A stretch of DNA of 64,000 nt from assembly GCA_054772095.1 (NCBI GenBank), contig BAAGAE010000030.1, positions 215,335-279,334 on the forward strand, given 5' to 3'. The position numbers and the translations under genes are program-made. Below the pieces are notes generated by a model. It was not told the origin of the DNA. It ran no database searches and saw only the letters and a list, made by a program, of their open reading frames with translations. Source of the DNA: Chamberlinius hualienensis (taxonomy: Eukaryota). Positions 60,240-64,000 of this stretch are shown here, in pieces (position 1 is the first letter of the stretch; each line of letters opens with the position of its first letter).

Positions 60240-60752
60240 TTGATTGTACTGACAACAGCAAATGTAGTCCAGATAAAGCATGTTTAAATTACAAGTGCGT
60301 CGATCCGTGTTTAAATTTGCGTTGTGGACCAAGTGCTTCGTGTCAAACTGTTCTTCAGGCTGGAGTTTGTCGCTGTTTACCTAATTATGAAGGAGATCCT
60401 TTGATTGGATGTCAACCAATTAATTTATGTCGATCAAATCCTTGCAAGACGCCGGCTACATGTGTAAGCCTTCCACAAGGACAGGGTTACCAGTGCATCT
60501 GCCCAGCTGGAATGAACTTAAAGAATGAAGCGTGCCTGCCTACCAGTGAATGCCCTTCAGGAGATCGCGATTGCTCTACTGTCACTCAGTGTGTGGTCAA
60601 CAATGAAGGAATTGGTCGTTGCGTAGATCCTTGCTTGAATGCTCCTTGTGGTCCTAATACAAGATGTCGAGTTGTAGATCATAGGGCTGTATGCGATTGT
60701 CAGACTGGATTTGCAGGCAATCCAGCATTGAAAACCAGAGGATGTATACGAG
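60240..60752 (+). CDS. dpy: Dumpy-like exon 59: 513-nt exon with DPY, three EGFs, DPY and EGF
   Basis: Continuous ORF (track 60317-60760). VDCTDNSKCSPDKACLNYKCVDPCLNLRCGPSASCQTVLQAGVCRCLPNYEGDPLIGCQ...ECPSGDRDCSTVTQCVVNNEGIGRCVDPCLNAPCGPNTRCRVVDHRAVCDCQTGFAGNPALKTRGCIR. Confidence 0.8.
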
Positions 60753-60808
60753 GTATATAAACTTACTAGGTTTTTTGTTTTAATTGATTAATTGTTGTGT
60801 AACCGCAG

Positions 60809-60877
60809 AAAATAAAAGATGTTCATATGCAAGAGAATGTTATAGTGGTATGCTATGCGATGTTGGATTCTGTGCAG
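60809..60877 (+). CDS. dpy: Dumpy-like exon 60: DPY
   Basis: ENKRCSYARECYSGMLCDVGFCA. Confidence 0.7.
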
Positions 60878-60940
60878 GTAAAAATTTTAAAATCTATATT
60901 GTATACACAATAATCTAATTTTCTTGTGGTTGTTGTGTAG

Positions 60941-61003
60941 TGCCTTGCAGCATTAATAACCAATGTTCTGGTAACGAGCGATGCGTAGGAAGAAAATGCA
61001 AAA
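60941..61003 (+). CDS. dpy: Dumpy-like exon 61: DPY
   Basis: VPCSINNQCSGNERCVGRKCK. Confidence 0.7.
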
Positions 61004-61063
61004 GTGGGATGATGTTAATTGCTTTTTTTTTGACTTTGTGTTGACGTTTTATATACTTTTTAG

Positions 61064-61126
61064 CCATTTGCCAAAATGACGACGAATGTCTTAATAACGA
61101 CATATGTGTTAACGGTTTTTGCGAAG
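61064..61126 (+). CDS. dpy: Dumpy-like exon 62: DPY
   Basis: TICQNDDECLNNDICVNGFCE. Confidence 0.7.
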
Positions 61127-61190
61127 GTAAACGTTTTTGTACATTTTTTAAATGTTATGTTTGCTTTATTAAAATCTTGTCATTATGAAG

Positions 61191-61376
61191 CTGGCGGTTG
61201 CCGAATGGATGGCGATTGCAAAGATTCAGAATCATGTGTCAAAAATAAATGTCAAGGAGTTTGCCTTGATATGGCTTCTTGTGGACCGAATGCTATGTGC
61301 AATGGCAATCAACATTATAAGCAATGCACTTGTCCACCAGGATTTCAAGGAGATCCTAACATTATTTGCAGAAGAG
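61191..61376 (+). CDS. dpy: Dumpy-like exon 63: DPY plus EGF
   Basis: AGGCRMDGDCKDSESCVKNKCQGVCLDMASCGPNAMCNGNQHYKQCTCPPGFQGDPNIICRR. Confidence 0.75.
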
Positions 61377-61439
61377 GTAATAAGATTTATCATTAAAATT
61401 TTCTCTCTTATTCGTTATTGTTTTAATGTTTTTGTTTAG

Positions 61440-61571
61440 TTCCAGTACCGTGTGCTAGTGACAACAATTGTGAAAGCGGACATAAATGTGCTTATAATCG
61501 TTGCCAAGTTCCATGCGGTTCCGACAGTGATTGCGCTTTAGCTGAAAAATGTTTTGGAGGCGCATGCACTC
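61440..61571 (+). CDS. dpy: Dumpy-like exon 64: two DPY modules
   Basis: VPVPCASDNNCESGHKCAYNRCQVPCGSDSDCALAEKCFGGACT. Confidence 0.75.
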
Positions 61572-61642
61572 GTAAATAAATATGTCAATTTTAACTGTTT
61601 CATTTCATTTAATTTTAACGAAACAATTTATTTTAATTGCAG

Positions 61643-61765
61643 CTCAATGTCGAAGTGACAGTGATTGTATGGGTGAAATTTGTGAGCGTGGTCTTTGTCA
61701 AGGAGGATGTAGAAGCAATTCCCAATGCCCTTCAACAACTGCTTGCATAGAAAATCAATGCAGAG
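61643..61765 (+). CDS. dpy: Dumpy-like exon 65: two DPY modules
   Basis: PQCRSDSDCMGEICERGLCQGGCRSNSQCPSTTACIENQCR. Confidence 0.75.
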
Positions 61766-61818
61766 GTATGCGATTTTATATTTGACAATACATTTAAATA
61801 TTAACAATTTTTATATAG

Positions 61819-61944
61819 ACTTGTGCATTGGTAATGCTGCTTGTGGACCCAACGCTCAGTGTAAAATGTTTAACCACCGAGTTGTGTGCAGCTGCCCTGA
61901 AGGATTTGCACCAAATCCTACCCCAAATGTTGGCTGTATTAGAG
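61819..61944 (+). CDS. dpy: Dumpy-like exon 66: EGF
   Basis: DLCIGNAACGPNAQCKMFNHRVVCSCPEGFAPNPTPNVGCIR. Confidence 0.75.
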
Positions 61945-62029
61945 GTAATATTTTAATCTCAACATTAAACGCTTTTTTTAAACTTGGTTTTGAAACTGCT
62001 GCAATTAATGTTTTTATAAATATTTATAG

Positions 62030-62161
62030 TGCATCAATTGTGCACTATTCGCGCATCTTGTCCTGCAAGTTCAAGTTGTACGGAAGGACGCTGTTTTCCA
62101 ATTTGCGCCAGTGATACAGACTGCGCCAGCAGTGAAAAGTGTTTCAGCGGACGGTGCCATG
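62030..62161 (+). CDS. dpy: Dumpy-like exon 67: two DPY modules
   Basis: VHQLCTIRASCPASSSCTEGRCFPICASDTDCASSEKCFSGRCH. Confidence 0.7.
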
Positions 62162-62232
62162 GTACCATTAATAAAATTTAAAGTTAATATTTGGGATTAT
62201 TTAATTTTTTTAAAAAAAATGAATTATATTAG

Positions 62233-62352
62233 TCACTTGCGGAAGATATTGTCCAGAGGGAGAGCTATGCAGCAGCGGTGTATGTTTGGTGGGTTGTCGA
62301 AGCAGTGAGGAATGTCGTGATAATCAAGCGTGCATTCGAAATAAATGCACAG
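62233..62352 (+). CDS. dpy: Dumpy-like exon 68: two DPY modules
   Basis: VTCGRYCPEGELCSSGVCLVGCRSSEECRDNQACIRNKCT. Confidence 0.7.
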
Positions 62353-62411
62353 GTTAGTGATGTTCGTTTATTATGAATTATATTGAAATTAATATAATAA
62401 AACGGTAATAG

Positions 62412-62726
62412 ATCCATGTGAGGGTACCGGCTCTTGTGGCACCAATGCACTGTGCAAAACCCAGGGTCATCATCAAATGTGCAGTTGTCCACCAGGACTT
62501 ACTGGAAATCCTTTAGTTTCTTGCATTCGTGTAGTGTCGGTATGTAAGTCGGTATCGGAGTGCCCTACTGGCCAATTATGTGCTATGGGCACTTGTTCTG
62601 TACCTTGCAACGAAGACGCACAGTGTCTATATAATGAAAAGTGCAGCAATAGCAAATGTATCGCTGTGTGCACAAGTGATTCCAACTGTCCTGATACACA
62701 TGTTTGTCGTAATGGAGTTTGTCAAT
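62412..62726 (+). CDS. dpy: Dumpy-like exon 69: EGF plus three DPY modules
   Basis: DPCEGTGSCGTNALCKTQGHHQMCSCPPGLTGNPLVSCIRVVSVCKSVSECPTGQLCAMGTCSVPCNEDAQCLYNEKCSNSKCIAVCTSDSNCPDTHVCRNGVCQ. Donor gtaagg. Confidence 0.75.
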
Positions 62727-62789
62727 GTAAGGAGATTATTGAAAAAAAAGCTGATTAGAAGTTAACTTTTCTTATTCTTAATTCAATAG

Positions 62790-62909
62790 ATACATGCGAC
62801 GGTGCTAGAGTTTGTGGTATAAATGCTATGTGTAAATCGATGACAAGGGTTGCCATTTGTAGTTGTCCTCCTGGCACCACAGGAGATCCCAGAAAGTACT
62901 GCTGGAAAA
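62790..62909 (+). CDS. dpy: Dumpy-like exon 70: EGF
   Basis: YTCDGARVCGINAMCKSMTRVAICSCPPGTTGDPRKYCWK. Confidence 0.7.
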
Positions 62910-62967
62910 GTAAGTATTAATTTATTATTGTAGATGTTTTGGTTATATTGTAATGTATTTGTATCAG

Positions 62968-63099
62968 CTCAAGCAAGATGTGATAAATTATCTCCATGTT
63001 TGACTGGGCAACAGTGTGAAGATGGATACTGTATTGATGCATGTACATCACGTCAACCATGCTCGTTCAACGAAGTTTGTCTCGAAAATCGTTGTCGAG
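62968..63099 (+). CDS. dpy: Dumpy-like exon 71: two DPY modules
   Basis: TQARCDKLSPCLTGQQCEDGYCIDACTSRQPCSFNEVCLENRCR. Confidence 0.7.
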
Positions 63100-63179
63100 G
63101 TATTTAAAAATATTAGTAGAAACTATTAAATTGAGTTAAATTACAAATTTAAATAATATATTTTTAAATGTAATTTTAG

Positions 63180-63431
63180 TCTCTTGCAAGGATGGATTAC
63201 GATGCCCTGGAGGCCACGTTTGTTCTCCCGAAGGATATTGTGTTCCCGGTTGCAGTAGCTCCATTGAATGCCCCGAAGAGAAATTATGCCTTGGGGGAAT
63301 GTGTAAAGACCCTTGTTCTGTCAATCCATTCCCTTGTGGCATAAAAGCTCAATGTAAAGTGTTACATCATCAAATGGTTTGCATGTGTCCAAATGGCTAT
63401 GAAGGAGAGCCAACTAAAGAATGCATAAAAG
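63180..63431 (+). CDS. dpy: Dumpy-like exon 72: two DPY modules plus EGF
   Basis: VSCKDGLRCPGGHVCSPEGYCVPGCSSSIECPEEKLCLGGMCKDPCSVNPFPCGIKAQCKVLHHQMVCMCPNGYEGEPTKECIK. Confidence 0.75.
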
Positions 63432-63490
63432 GTAAAATAAATGGCTGATCTTTTCTGTGTTTCCGATGTAACTAATGTAGCGCTTTGTAG

Positions 63491-63553
63491 TCACATGTGG
63501 AAAAGATGCAGAGTGTAGCCCTGATAAAGCTTGTATGGGTGGTGTTTGCAAAA
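63491..63553 (+). CDS. dpy: Dumpy-like exon 73: DPY
   Basis: VTCGKDAECSPDKACMGGVCK. Confidence 0.7.
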
Positions 63554-63618
63554 GTAAGTTAGTTGTCTAAAACTAACGCATTTTGGTTGGACTACTTATA
63601 TAATAATGGATATTTCAG

Positions 63619-63732
63619 GTCCTTGTTCTGAAGGATGTGGCCTATATGCCCAATGCAGAGTTGAAAGTCATCGTAGAATTTGCAGTTGTCCATTTGGTTA
63701 CGGTGGCAATCCTGAAATTGGATGTTTCCAAG
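63619..63732 (+). CDS. dpy: Dumpy-like exon 74: EGF
   Basis: SPCSEGCGLYAQCRVESHRRICSCPFGYGGNPEIGCFQ. Confidence 0.75.
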
Positions 63733-63786
63733 GTACGTATTTGTTTAGTGACTGAGATTCACAAAAAATAATTTGGAATCTTTTAG

Positions 63787-63897
63787 TTCATCGTTGTAAT
63801 CATCAATCGAATACGTGCCCTGAGAATCTTAATTGCCAGCAAAATCAATTTTGTGGCTGTTCTTCACCTTTTAAGCGTGTTGGAGATTTTTGTATAT
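63787..63897 (+). CDS. dpy: Dumpy-like exon 75: Cys-rich module
   Basis: VHRCNHQSNTCPENLNCQQNQFCGCSSPFKRVGDFCI. Confidence 0.65.
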
Positions 63898-63956
63898 GTA
63901 CGTATCACAAATATATTAATTTTGACCAACAACAATGTATGATTTTGTTACAATAG

Positions 63957-64000
63957 TGGAACCTCACGAGTGTGAACCTCAAACCCCTTGCAAGCCAAAT
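63957..64000 (+). CDS. dpy: Dumpy-like exon 76 (partial; continues beyond the window)
   Basis: LEPHECEPQTPCKPN... Acceptor acaatag. The window ends inside the exon. Confidence 0.6.

Noticed and set aside
1-64000. Prokaryotic features (operons, CRISPR, RBS, defence islands) and transposons
   Set aside because: The sequence is clearly eukaryotic nuclear DNA, with GT-AG introns and orthologs of human genes. No CRISPR-like direct repeats, no RT, transposase or integrase ORFs, and no long terminal inverted repeats were seen.

Overview
This is an AT-rich (~68% A+T) eukaryotic genomic window with spliceosomal GT-AG introns, mostly 60-110 bp. I found no prokaryotic-style operon, CRISPR array or defence system, and no transposable element coding sequence. 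The gene set and the dumpy-type EGF/DPY protein suggest an arthropod or ecdysozoan-like animal. Positions 1-25.7 kb hold a compact cluster of housekeeping genes, each identified by strong protein-level similarity to well-known families. They are: the 3' exons of a B3/4-domain protein (FARSB/LRRC47 family, +), myo-inositol oxygenase MIOX (+), C1QBP/p32 (+), TRIAP1/Mdm35 (-, 3' end converging on C1QBP), nucleoredoxin NXN (+), NIF3L1 (+, with an unusual ~8 kb intron) and ALKBH4 (+). Positions 26-42 kb form a gene desert with no recognisable coding sequence. It contains a cluster of perfect CRE palindromes (TGACGTCA), a (GA)n microsatellite and a candidate C/D-box snoRNA. A candidate signal-peptide exon lies at 42.37 kb. 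From 47.9 kb to the window end, the + strand carries a giant 3'-partial gene for a dumpy-like extracellular matrix protein. I resolved about 75 small exons, almost all phase-1 symmetric, each encoding one or two calcium-binding EGF, EGF or DPY modules, plus two multi-module exons of 1,134 nt and 513 nt. Exon coordinates were derived by hand translation and may be off by a few nucleotides. The 'M' at ORF-track starts often corresponds to alternative start codons (TTG/GTG), so I ignored those starts.
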